A stretch of 22,590 nucleotides of DNA from NCBI GenBank assembly GCA_046726415.1, contig JBKPAK010000038.1, forward strand, positions 1 through 22,590. The letters run 5' to 3'. Both the position numbers and the translations under genes were made by a program. Below, piece after piece: positions 7,688 to 16,027 of this stretch. Under the pieces are notes generated by a model. The model saw only the letters and a program-made list of their open reading frames with translations, was not told the DNA's origin and did not search any database. Every line of letters starts with the position of its first letter. Positions within the stretch are counted from its first letter, which is position 1. The DNA is from Candidatus Methylomirabilota bacterium (GTDB lineage: Bacteria; Methylomirabilota; Methylomirabilia; Rokubacteriales; CSP1-6).

Positions 7688-8063
7688 TTCGAGTTGATGA
7701 CCGCTACCGAGAAGAGCGTGTTCACGTCATCGCCCAGCGTCATCAAGGAGCAAATGGCGCGCATCGGCGTGACCGCGAATCTCAGGCTGGTGGACTAAGG
7801 TCAGTTGGATGACACGGCCAGGATGGCCCGTTCGACGTGTGCGTCGAGGAGTTCGTGTCGCAGCTGCCCTGGACACTAGCAACTTCCTGTCGATGGGCAC
7901 CGCCCCCTGGAACAGCGCGCGCCATACCGACCCCAAGGTCGACGAAGACTACGCCCGCTACGCGCGGGAGATGGACCCGGTGAAGCGCAAGGCTATGCCA
8001 AGGAACCTCAGGAGTTCAGTGCTGACAGCTCTGCACTGGGACGCAGTCTGGCTCGACAAGTAG
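7688..8063 (+). pseudogene. Decayed C-terminal fragment of a peptide/nickel (family 5) ABC substrate-binding protein gene
   Basis: The frame from 7688 reads FELMTATEKSVF...VIKEQMARIGVTANLRLVD, then an in-frame TAA at 7796-7798. After frameshifts it continues DGPFD, then PWNSARHTDPKVDEDYARYAREMDPVKRKA, then (shifted) KE.QEFSAD. These resemble DppA/OppA C-terminal motifs. No start or N-terminus. Confidence 0.72.
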
Positions 8064-8091
8064 GCGGGAGCCCCGCGGTCAAGCCGGGGGC

Positions 8092-8111
8092 CTGCACGGT
8101 TCCCTGTGCAG
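8092..8111 (-). terminator. Hairpin immediately after the ABC permease stop (possible terminator or stability stem)
   Basis: ctgcacgg-ttcc-ctgtgcag inverted repeat 1 nt from the stop at 8113. No U-tract. Confidence 0.35.
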
Positions 8112-8112
8112 T

Positions 8113-8970
8113 CTACCCCTTCACCGCGCCGGTGAGCGCGGTGACGTAGTGCTCGACGAAGAGGGAGTAGACGAGAGCCACCGGGATCGAGCCCAGCAGA
8201 GCGCCGGCCATAAGCGGTCCCCAGTAGAACACGTCGCCGCGCACCAGCTCCGTGAAGACCCCGATCGGGATCGTCTTCTGCTGGGGCGAGGAGAGGAACA
8301 CGAGGGCGTAGAGGAACTCGTTCCAGGACAGGGTGAAGGCGAAGATGCCGGCGGACAGGATCCCGGGGATGGCGAGCGGGAAGCTGATGCGAACCATGGC
8401 CTGGATCCGGCTCGCGCCGTCGATGCGGGCGCAGTCCTCGATCTCCCGCGGGATGGTCTTGAAGTATCCCATCAAGAGCCAGGTACAGAAGGGAATCAGG
8501 AAGGTGGGGTAGGTGAGAATCACGGCCCAGGGCGTGTCGCCGAGCCCGAAGGTCTTGACGACGTCGCCGAGCGGGATGAAGAGCAGGGTCGGCGGGACCA
8601 GGTAGGTGATGAAAATCATCGTCCCCAGGGGCGCCGCCCAGCGGAACTGGAGGCGCGCCAGGGCGTACCCGGCGAGCAGGCCGCAGAAGAGGGAGATGCC
8701 CGTCGAGACGGTGGCGATGAATAGGGTGTTCCACGCCCACCGGGCGAACATGGTCAGCTCGAACAGGTCGGAGAAGTGCTTGAGGGTCGGGTGCAGCGTG
8801 AAGAAGGGATTCATCTTCACGTTGTACAGCTCGGCGTCGGGTCGGATGGAGGTGATCACCATCCAGTAGAAGGGGAACAGCGTCGCCCCGACCATGAGCA
8901 CCAGCGGGATCTGGAACGTGAGCGCGCGCTTGAGGGGGCTCCCGTACCGGGTGGCCATCTCGTCAGTCAC
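8113..8970 (-). CDS. Carbohydrate ABC transporter permease (MalG/UgpE-like)
   Basis: 285 aa with multiple TM segments. EAA loop EIEDCARIDGAS, plus FPFYWM and SWNEFLYAL. Confidence 0.95.
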   Translation of the reverse strand: MTDEMATRYGSPLKRALTFQIPLVLMVGATLFPFYWMVITSIRPDAELYNVKMNPFFTLHPTLKHFSDLFELTMFARWAWNTLFIATVSTGISLFCGLLAGYALARLQFRWAAPLGTMIFITYLVPPTLLFIPLGDVVKTFGLGDTPWAVILTYPTFLIPFCTWLLMGYFKTIPREIEDCARIDGASRIQAMVRISFPLAIPGILSAGIFAFTLSWNEFLYALVFLSSPQQKTIPIGVFTELVRGDVFYWGPLMAGALLGSIPVALVYSLFVEHYVTALTGAVKG

Positions 8971-9952
8971 TCCGCCGGATGTACCAGAGCTGGAACACGA
9001 TGACCGCGAGGAGGAACGGAAAGAGGGAGAGCGAGATCGAGGCGCCTTGGCCCAGCTTGGCTGCCCGCATGGCGATCTCGTAGGCGTAGGTCCCGAACAC
9101 GTGCGTGCTGCTGTAAGGCCCGCCGCGCGTCAGGACATAGATGAGCTGGAAGTCGGCGAACGTGGCGATCATCGAGAAGAGGACGACCACCAGCATGATC
9201 GGCTTGATCAGGGGGAGGGTCACCCGCCAGAACCGCTGCCAGGCGTTGGCGCCGTCGATCTCTGCGGCCTCGTGCAAATCGGGGTTGACGGTCTGCAGTC
9301 CGGCCAGGAGGGTGATGGCGAAGAAGGGCATGCCGCGCCACACGTTCACCAGGATGAGACAGCCCATGGCCATGGTGCCGTCGCCCAGCCACAGGATCCG
9401 CTTCGAGATGATCCCGCCGTTCATGAGCACCCAGTTGAACACGCTGAAGGTCGCGTCGAACATCCACTGCCAGGCCAGGGTGCTCAGGACCGTGGGGATG
9501 ATCCAGGGCAGGAGCATGGACGCGCGAACGATCCGCTTGAACCGGAAGTGGTGGTTCAGCAGCAGCGCCGCCAGCATCCCCAAGATCAGCTTGAGGAGGG
9601 TGGCGATGAACGTGTAGACGAACGTGTTCTGGAACGCGCGGAGGAAGATCGAGTCGCTCAGGTTCACCCGGAAGTTCTCGAGCCCGACGAAGCTGCCGGG
9701 CCGCCCGACCACCTTGTCGCTGACCGCCAGCCAGATGCCAAGGAGGAACGGGTAGGCGATGAAGACGGTCAGGATTACGAGCGTGGGAGCGAGGAGGAGG
9801 GCGGCCAGATTGTGCTCTCGCTCGAAGAACGGGCCGAGACGGCGAGGACGGCGGGCCTCGGGCACCGCCACCACGACCGTGGCGGGGATCGCGGAGGCTG
9901 CTGCCGCGCTTGTCCGCTCAGCCAGGATGGGCTCGATGCGTTGGTCGGCCAT
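8963..9952 (-). CDS. Carbohydrate ABC transporter permease (MalF/UgpA-like)
   Basis: 329 aa. Motifs FVGLENF, LAGLQ and EAA loop LHEAAEIDGANAWQRFWRVTLP. Overlaps the downstream permease by 8 nt. Confidence 0.95.
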   Translation of the reverse strand: MADQRIEPILAERTSAAAASAIPATVVVAVPEARRPRRLGPFFEREHNLAALLLAPTLVILTVFIAYPFLLGIWLAVSDKVVGRPGSFVGLENFRVNLSDSIFLRAFQNTFVYTFIATLLKLILGMLAALLLNHHFRFKRIVRASMLLPWIIPTVLSTLAWQWMFDATFSVFNWVLMNGGIISKRILWLGDGTMAMGCLILVNVWRGMPFFAITLLAGLQTVNPDLHEAAEIDGANAWQRFWRVTLPLIKPIMLVVVLFSMIATFADFQLIYVLTRGGPYSSTHVFGTYAYEIAMRAAKLGQGASISLSLFPFLLAVIVFQLWYIRRSD

Positions 9953-9974
9953 GACACTCGGCCAGCAGGGTGAC

Positions 9975-11291
9975 CTACGCCCCGTAAACCCTCTTCAGCT
10001 CGCCCTCGGCCCACTTCGCCGCGTCCTCGGGCTTCATACCCTTGATCGCCTGGGCATACATGTCCACCAGGATGTACTTCACGAGGGCCTCGGAGGATTT
10101 CCGGTTGGGCGGGCCAGGGTAGCCGGGCATCCGGCCGAACTTCGGCGCCTCCCGGAAGGGGATGAGCTTCGGATCCCGGTCCCACATGGCGTGCTTCTCC
10201 CAATGCCCGGTGGGGCCGACGACGTAGCCGTCGTTCGCCACGAACCACTTGTCGTACTGAGGCCGGTCCATGAACCAGCGGAGGAACTCCAGGGCCACCT
10301 GCTGGTTCTTCGAGTACTTCATCACCGCGTGCCCCTGACCGCCAATGTTGTAGAAGCGGCCGCCCGGACCCTTGGGCATTTGACCATGGTCGGTGACCTT
10401 GGCGATGTCGGGGAACTGCCGCTTGGCGACGAAGTAGATGCTGGCCCCGTTGATCGTGGCCGAGATCGTCCCGGCCAGATACGCGCGGTTATTGCTCGTG
10501 TCATCCCAGGCCAGGCCCCCCTCGTCGAAGGCCTCCTTCCACAGGGCTACGGTGTACTTCAGCGCTTCCACCGTCTCCTTACTGTTGATCGCGACCTTGC
10601 CGTCCTTGTCGATCTCGCTGCCGCCAAAGCCCCAGGTCACGCTGTAGGCCCAGTTATTGGGGTCGCCCAAGCTGTGGCCGAAGGCCTGGCCGAGCGGCTG
10701 GTTCTTCTTCTTGAGCGCGATACCGACCTTGCGGAGTTCCTCCCAGTTCTCGGGAAACTTTGTGGCCCCAGCCTCCTTGAACCAGTCGCTGCGGTAGGCC
10801 CACGTGGAGGGCACCGAGCAAAGCGGAATCGACTTCCAGTTCTTGCCGACGACGCTCGCGGCACGGTTGTGCTCGTAGTACTTGCCGTCACGCCGGGCGA
10901 TCTCCTCAGCCAGATCGTCGACATCGGCGAGCCCGTCGGCGTAGAGATGCGGCCAGTTCGAGATCATCATGATGATGTCGGGCCCGGCCTTGGTCTCGAT
11001 CGCCGAGGCGATCCGGGGATTCAGGTCGTTCATGTTGATGAGCTCGACGGTCACGTCGACGCCCGCGACCTTCCCGAACTCGCCGGCGAGCCGCTTGAAC
11101 TCGACGTCGGATGCCGGGACGAAGCTCACCCATTCCAGGATGTGGAGCTTGGTGCCCTTCGGGAAGCTTGGGGCCTTCTGGGCGAGGACGATGCCCGGGA
11201 TTCCACCGGCCACCGCCGCCCCCGTCGCCGTGCCGGCCACCTTGAGAAACGCCCGTCGGTTCACTGCCCTTGAACCTTCCAGGTTTGCCAT
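9975..11291 (-). CDS. ABC transporter substrate-binding protein (sugar-binding family 1) with twin-arginine signal
   Basis: ATG at 11291 with AAGGAG RBS, 438 aa. Tat motif NRRAFLK and a cleavage-like VLA-Q, plus GPDII, YRSDWFKEAG...PENWEEL and INSKETVEAL. Confidence 0.93.
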   Translation of the reverse strand: MANLEGSRAVNRRAFLKVAGTATGAAVAGGIPGIVLAQKAPSFPKGTKLHILEWVSFVPASDVEFKRLAGEFGKVAGVDVTVELINMNDLNPRIASAIETKAGPDIIMMISNWPHLYADGLADVDDLAEEIARRDGKYYEHNRAASVVGKNWKSIPLCSVPSTWAYRSDWFKEAGATKFPENWEELRKVGIALKKKNQPLGQAFGHSLGDPNNWAYSVTWGFGGSEIDKDGKVAINSKETVEALKYTVALWKEAFDEGGLAWDDTSNNRAYLAGTISATINGASIYFVAKRQFPDIAKVTDHGQMPKGPGGRFYNIGGQGHAVMKYSKNQQVALEFLRWFMDRPQYDKWFVANDGYVVGPTGHWEKHAMWDRDPKLIPFREAPKFGRMPGYPGPPNRKSSEALVKYILVDMYAQAIKGMKPEDAAKWAEGELKRVYGA

Positions 11292-11487
11292 GGCTGTCTC
11301 CTTGTCCACGGCGCCAGCCGGCCTGGCATGCCCCATTGAACGCCCAGCGAATGCACCCGGATCTCTCCCGACAGTGCCGAGATCAGAGCACCGCGGGCTA
11401 GAGGTGTCAAGGACTTTGGGCGAGACGGTCATCGTGAAGGACCGGGGAGCGCTATGCTTCACGGAGGAGCGGATGGGAGGCCTTCGC

Positions 11488-12219
11488 GTGCGCCACCGCG
11501 CCGCATATGCGATCTGCACCCTCGTCTTTGGCCTGCTCGTTGTCGCCGTGCCGGCCCTCGCTCAGGCCGAGGACGCCCAGGTGGCGTTTGCCGCCAACAT
11601 CGAGAAGTGCAAGGCGCATCTCGCTGTGAGCGCGGAACTCTACGCAAAGGGCGACCGGACCGCCGCCCTGCACGCGTCGCATCCGATCCAGGAAATCGGA
11701 AACAAGGTCATCGGACCGGCCTCGAAGATCAGCGCTGAGCTTGGCGACAAGGTGCGGGCCGCCCTCCGCCGGCCGAGTGCCGACCTCAAGGGAGGGTCGT
11801 CACCTCCGCAGTACGATCAGGTCGTGCGCGAGGCGGGGGCTGCCCTCGACGAGGCCGTGGAGCGGGTGGTGCCGAAGGAGCGGCGGACGAGCCTGACTTT
11901 CCGCGCCCGCGTGCTTGCCGATCTCCTTCTCGGCACGGCCACCGAGTACCAGGAGGCCTACAACGCCGGTAAGATCACGCAGATGGTCGAGTACCAGGAC
12001 GCCTATGCCTTCTTCAAGCGCGCGCAGGCCCTTCACCGCGACCTGGCCCCGGCCCTCCGCGCGAAGGACCCAGCGCTCGCCCGCGAACTCGATGGGCAAT
12101 TGGCGGCGCTGGCGCGGGCCCTGCCTGGGCTCACGCCCCCCGCCCAGCCCGTGTCGGCCGACCGCATCCAGGCGGCAGCCGCGGCGCTGGCCAAGTCGCT
12201 CGCATCAGCCTCGGACTGA
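11488..12219 (+). CDS. Secreted/periplasmic alpha-helical hypothetical protein, possible metal-binding
   Basis: GTG at 11488 with GGAGG (alternative ATG at 11473), about 243 aa. Sec signal ending PALA-Q, motifs AHL, LHASHPIQE and VEYQDAYAF. Confidence 0.78.
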   Translation: MRHRAAYAICTLVFGLLVVAVPALAQAEDAQVAFAANIEKCKAHLAVSAELYAKGDRTAALHASHPIQEIGNKVIGPASKISAELGDKVRAALRRPSADLKGGSSPPQYDQVVREAGAALDEAVERVVPKERRTSLTFRARVLADLLLGTATEYQEAYNAGKITQMVEYQDAYAFFKRAQALHRDLAPALRAKDPALARELDGQLAALARALPGLTPPAQPVSADRIQAAAAALAKSLASASD

Positions 12220-12235
12220 GCAGCCCAAGTCGCTG

Positions 12236-13378
12236 TTACCGCCGGGTCAACTCGTCGCGCAGGCGAGCGGCGACGATCAGTTCGTCGCCCGGCTGGAGGT
12301 TGATTGGGTCGACGGCAATTTCGTCGAAGTAGCCGCCCTGATGTGCGCCCTGCTGCACGTAGATATGGGGCTCGCCCTGGGCCAGGGAGACCTGAACGGT
12401 GTGACCCGATGGCCCGGTCCAGTCCGGCGTGAAGTAAAGGACGGCGTGGGGGATCACGCGGTTGACGGCGTCGTGCTCCACCACCGCGCGAAGCCCTGGG
12501 ATGTCGGCGAGCGCTTCGACGATGGTGGTGCAGAGGTCGGTGTAGTGCTTCATCTCGGCGGCCTCGTCCTCCGCCATGAACAGCTCGAGCGCCACGACCA
12601 GCCCGGCGATCTCTTCTTTCGAGGTCTTGGCCGCCCGGCCGAGCGCCTGGTTGGGACTGGCGTTGAGGGCGGCGGCCCGCACCAGGTCGCGGCCTCCGGC
12701 CAGGATGCCGGTGGACTGCGGGCCCCGGATACCCTTGCCGCCGCTGAGGCTCACGAGGTCAGCGCCGAGGCGGACGAACTTCGTGAGGTTCTCGCGAGGC
12801 GGCAGCATCGAGGCGGCGTCGACGATGACGGGGACACCGCGGCGATGCGCGATGGCAATCACCTGCTCGAGGGAGAGGGTGCCGGGCGGGCTCGTGAAAG
12901 GCGAGACCAGGTAGGCGACGGCCGCCGTGCGCTCGCCGATGGCGTCTTCCAGTTCGAACGGCTGCGTCCGGCGCGCCAGGCCAATCTCCACGAGAACGCC
13001 GCCGGCGACGCGATAGGCCTGGTCGTAGGCAAACCGGTGCGCGCGCTGGATGACGATCTCGTTTCGCATCCCGAGGGTGTCGGGCAGGCGGAGGATCTTC
13101 GCCGGGTCGTCGCCGGCGATGCACGCGGCTGCCTGCAAGATCAACCCGGAGCTAGCGCCGGCGGTCACGAATGCGGCCTCGGCGCCCAGCATGCGGGCGA
13201 TGGCCGCCCCGGCCGCCTCGTTGAGCTCGTCGATGTTCACCAGGGCCTGCGACGCCTGGCGCATCGCCTCCAGCGCTTCCGGCCGCAGGAGGGAGCCTCC
13301 GTAGCGCGTGGTCGTCCCCGAGGCGTGGATGACGGGCCGGACGCCGAGTCGGCGGTAGATCGCGGGAACCGGTTTCAT
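12236..13378 (-). CDS. SelA-like / DgaE-like PLP-dependent enzyme (fold type I)
   Basis: 380 aa. Motifs IYRRLGVRPVIHASGTTTRYGGS, VTAGAS, VIVDAAS and the PLP-Lys motif SGGKGIRGPQSTG, plus KTSKEEIAG. It lacks the N-terminal extension of true SelA. Confidence 0.87.
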   Translation of the reverse strand: MKPVPAIYRRLGVRPVIHASGTTTRYGGSLLRPEALEAMRQASQALVNIDELNEAAGAAIARMLGAEAAFVTAGASSGLILQAAACIAGDDPAKILRLPDTLGMRNEIVIQRAHRFAYDQAYRVAGGVLVEIGLARRTQPFELEDAIGERTAAVAYLVSPFTSPPGTLSLEQVIAIAHRRGVPVIVDAASMLPPRENLTKFVRLGADLVSLSGGKGIRGPQSTGILAGGRDLVRAAALNASPNQALGRAAKTSKEEIAGLVVALELFMAEDEAAEMKHYTDLCTTIVEALADIPGLRAVVEHDAVNRVIPHAVLYFTPDWTGPSGHTVQVSLAQGEPHIYVQQGAHQGGYFDEIAVDPINLQPGDELIVAARLRDELTRR

Positions 13379-13462
13379 CGTAGCTCCTCTTCTTGAGTCG
13401 AGATCTCAACTCCGACCCGGACGGGATGAGTGCGCGCCACCCGATGGTGCCGGGCAAGGGCT

Positions 13463-14833
13463 TCACGCCAGATCCTCGTCCCTCATCATGCGCAGCGCCG
13501 CCTCGAACGCGGTGAGCGTCTCGGCGATGATGTCGTCGGTGTGCTCGGTGCTCACAAGTGCCCGGGCCCCGTTGAAGTCCACTCCGTTCAGGATGAGGGC
13601 CTGACGCAACGCCCGGCTCTGCTCGGCGTGCCTGGCGTCGAGGCGCCGCCAGTCCACGCCCTGGACGGACTGATCCGATCCCTCGCGGGGCGGCGCGTCC
13701 GCGCCGAAGAAGATCTTCCAGTCACTGTGCTCTCCGTAGATCTTCCAGGCGACCTTCTCACGGGCCAGGATCTCGTTCATCCCGTAGCGGAGCTTCGACG
13801 CCTGCTGGTTGGCGCGGCGGATGGCCTGCCCGTCGGCCACCGCGGCGAGCATGGCGACCCCAGCCACGGCCGAGAGCGGGTTGGCGTTGAAGGTGCCGTG
13901 ATGGGAGATCTTGGTGCGCTTGTTCTCGCGTGGGTCCGACTTGGTGGCCAGGTGGGCCAAGACTTCCTCACGTCCCGCGACCGCGCCGCCCGGCAGCCCT
14001 CCGGCCAGGATCTTGGCCAGGGTGGTCAGGTCGGGAAGCACGCCGAGCTTCTCCTGGGCTCCGCCCGGCGCCACGCGGAAGCCGGTGACGACTTCATCGA
14101 AGATCAGCAGCGCGCCGGCCCGGCGAGTCTCCTCGCGCAGGGCCTCGACGAACGAGGCTTGTGTGGGCACGGCGCCGAAGTGGCCGCCGGTGGGCTCGAG
14201 GATCACAGCGGCCACATCGCCCTTCGCGAGGCGCTCCCGCACAGCCGCGATGTCGTTAGGCGAAAGCACGGAGACGAGCTCCACCACCTCGGCGAGCTGG
14301 CCGGCCTCGGGGTCGGCCTCGTAGGGCGGGCGCACGCCGATCTCGAGTCCCTCGTGCCAGCCGTGGAAGTGCCCCGCGAACTTGACCACCTGCCGCTTCC
14401 CCGTGAAGGCCCGTGCGAGCCGGACCGCCATGTGGGTGGCTTCGGTGCCGGAGGCGGTGAAGCGCACCAACTCGGCGCTCGGAACCAGCCGGCAGACCCA
14501 CTCGCCCCACTCGATCTCGGCCGCGTGGCAGGCGCCGTAGTGCGTGCCCTTCATCGCCTGCTCGCGCACGGCGTCGCGGATGCCCGGCGGATTATGGCCG
14601 AAGAGCAGGGCGCCGTGCCCCATCCAGTAGTCCACGTACCGGCGCCCGTCCACGTCCCACTTGCACGCCCCCTCCGCGCGGTCCACGTAGAGCGGGAAGG
14701 GTTGCATCCGACGGTTGTCGTGGGTGACGGCGTCCGGGAAGAGCCGCTGCGCGCGCTCGAACAGCGCCCGCGAGGAGGGCAGGGCTTCGGCGTACGCGTC
14801 GAGGAGCTTGGAGGGTGCAGAGAGCCGGGCCAT
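13463..14833 (-). CDS. Class III aminotransferase, glutamate-1-semialdehyde aminomutase-like
   Basis: ATG at 14833 with GGGAGG RBS, 456 aa. Motifs WDVDGRRYVDY, SGTEAT, FAGHFHGWH, LIFDEVVTGFR, PDLTTLAKILAGGLP (PLP Lys) and GTFNANP. Confidence 0.92.
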   Translation of the reverse strand: MARLSAPSKLLDAYAEALPSSRALFERAQRLFPDAVTHDNRRMQPFPLYVDRAEGACKWDVDGRRYVDYWMGHGALLFGHNPPGIRDAVREQAMKGTHYGACHAAEIEWGEWVCRLVPSAELVRFTASGTEATHMAVRLARAFTGKRQVVKFAGHFHGWHEGLEIGVRPPYEADPEAGQLAEVVELVSVLSPNDIAAVRERLAKGDVAAVILEPTGGHFGAVPTQASFVEALREETRRAGALLIFDEVVTGFRVAPGGAQEKLGVLPDLTTLAKILAGGLPGGAVAGREEVLAHLATKSDPRENKRTKISHHGTFNANPLSAVAGVAMLAAVADGQAIRRANQQASKLRYGMNEILAREKVAWKIYGEHSDWKIFFGADAPPREGSDQSVQGVDWRRLDARHAEQSRALRQALILNGVDFNGARALVSTEHTDDIIAETLTAFEAALRMMRDEDLA

Positions 14834-14882
14834 AGCGGTGTGCCTCCCTGGCGGAGCAGTGATGTCGAAGGCGACGCGGGCT

Positions 14883-14911
14883 ACCTTACGTCGGTCGCGG
14901 GGCGCGGTCAA
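14883..14911 (-). promoter_or_regulatory. Sigma70-type promoter for the aminotransferase/SelA-like genes
   Basis: Minus strand reads TTGACC (14911-14906), 17 nt, TAAGGT (14888-14883), about 50 nt upstream of the ATG. Confidence 0.7.
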
Positions 14912-15041
14912 CGAAGCGAGACCTCGACGCGGGGAAGGGCTGCGGGGTGAGGTCGCTCACGGCGACGCGCAGGGATCACCCCGCTCGGTGATCTCGTCGC
15001 GACATCGGTTGTGGCGACTCAGGGCTGGATATCCCCCCGAT

Positions 15042-15070
15042 TTGACGGTCAGGATCTCGCCTTTTATGAT
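15042..15070 (+). promoter_or_regulatory. Sigma70-type promoter for the enoyl-CoA hydratase gene
   Basis: TTGACG (15042-15047), 17 nt, TATGAT (15065-15070). Confidence 0.78.
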
Positions 15071-15088
15071 TCGCCGCGCGGCGAATCA
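15067..15088. promoter_or_regulatory. Perfect 22-bp palindrome overlapping the -10 and predicted TSS (candidate operator)
   Basis: TGATTCGCCGCGCGGCGAATCA equals its own reverse complement. Confidence 0.6.
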
Positions 15089-15125
15089 CGGGCATGGACG
15101 AGGCGAACGGCAAGGAGTCACGGCG

Positions 15126-15917
15126 ATGAAGCCAGGATCGGACGAGGTGCGGCTCGAACGCGAGGGGCCGCTGCTGACCATGACGCTCGACCGGCCGGCC
15201 GACCAGAATCGCCTGACGCGTGAGGTCCTCATGAGCTTGCAGAGCGCCGTCGATGGCCTCGCCGCCGACGAGCAGGTGCAGGTCGTGATCCTCACCGGAG
15301 GCGGCCGTGAGTTCTTCTCCATGGGCATCTTGAATCCCGCCGTCCGCGCGCGCTACACGAAAGAGGAGGTCCTCGAGCTGGTCCGCATCGCCAACCGCCT
15401 CTGCGATGCGATCGAGACCCTCCCCCAGATCGTGATCGCGGCGCTCAACGGCATCGCCCGCGCGGGGGCCGCCGAACTGTCACTGGCCTGTGACATCCGT
15501 CTGGCGGCGGCTCACGCGACGTTCGCACTGCCCGAGGCGCGGTGGGGCGGCTTTCCCGGCGCGGGTGGACCCGTGCGCCTGCCGACGATTGTAGGGCGAG
15601 CGCGCGCCCTGGAGCTGATCTGCACGGGGCGCGAGGCGAACGCCAGCGAGATGGAGAGGCTCGGGCTCGTCCTGTCCGTGCACCCCGGGGAGCAGCTGCT
15701 CGCCGAAGCGCGCGCGCTGGCCGGGCGCATCGCCGCCAGCGGCCCACTCGCCACCCGTGGCGCCAAGCGCATCATGAATGTGCGCAGTGCCGCTGGATTC
15801 GCCGCCGCCCGCGCGCTGTCGGACGCGCTCCGACACGCGCTCGAGTGGAGCCGCGACGTCGACGAAGGCCTAGCCGCCCACCGCGAAGGTCGCACGCCGC
15901 GGTTCACCGGGCGGTGA
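15126..15917 (+). CDS. Enoyl-CoA hydratase/isomerase (crotonase) family protein
   Basis: ATG at 15126 with AAGGAG RBS, 263 aa. Segment IAALNGIARAGAAELSLACDIRLA...FALPEARWGGFPGAGG, C-terminal EGLAAHREGRTPRFTGR. Confidence 0.92.
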   Translation: MKPGSDEVRLEREGPLLTMTLDRPADQNRLTREVLMSLQSAVDGLAADEQVQVVILTGGGREFFSMGILNPAVRARYTKEEVLELVRIANRLCDAIETLPQIVIAALNGIARAGAAELSLACDIRLAAAHATFALPEARWGGFPGAGGPVRLPTIVGRARALELICTGREANASEMERLGLVLSVHPGEQLLAEARALAGRIAASGPLATRGAKRIMNVRSAAGFAAARALSDALRHALEWSRDVDEGLAAHREGRTPRFTGR

Positions 15918-16027
15918 GCCCGCGGGCAGGAGGCGTCCGCTCGGCCCTCTACTCCACGGTATGACCGCCGCGCGGCCTCGCGCCGAGGCGACCGCGCTGG
16001 CGCTCCGCCGGCAGCGGCCATAGACTC

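Noticed and set aside
7541..7690. TPP riboswitch upstream of the phhB-tenA operon
   Set aside because: No TPP aptamer core (CUGAGA...ACCUGA...AAUGC..GCG.AGG) was found upstream of phhB or the TenA-like gene.
11382..11410. Minus-strand TTGACA-17-TCTGAT as the ABC operon promoter
   Set aside because: The -35 is perfect but the -10 lacks the conserved A at position 2, too weak to call.
10969..11519. Long N-terminal extensions of the SBP (514 aa) and the secreted protein (416 aa) implying overlapping divergent genes
   Set aside because: RBS and signal peptides place the real starts at 11291 (-) and 11488 or 11473 (+), leaving a normal intergenic region.
12236..13378. True selenocysteine synthase selA / selenium utilisation locus
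   Set aside because: The protein is shorter than SelA and lacks its N-terminal domain. No selB, selC or selD and no in-frame UGA selenoprotein ORF were seen.
13463..14833. hemL gene symbol
   Set aside because: The typical HemL N-terminal PGGVNSPVR motif is replaced by PDAVTHDNR and there are no tetrapyrrole genes nearby.
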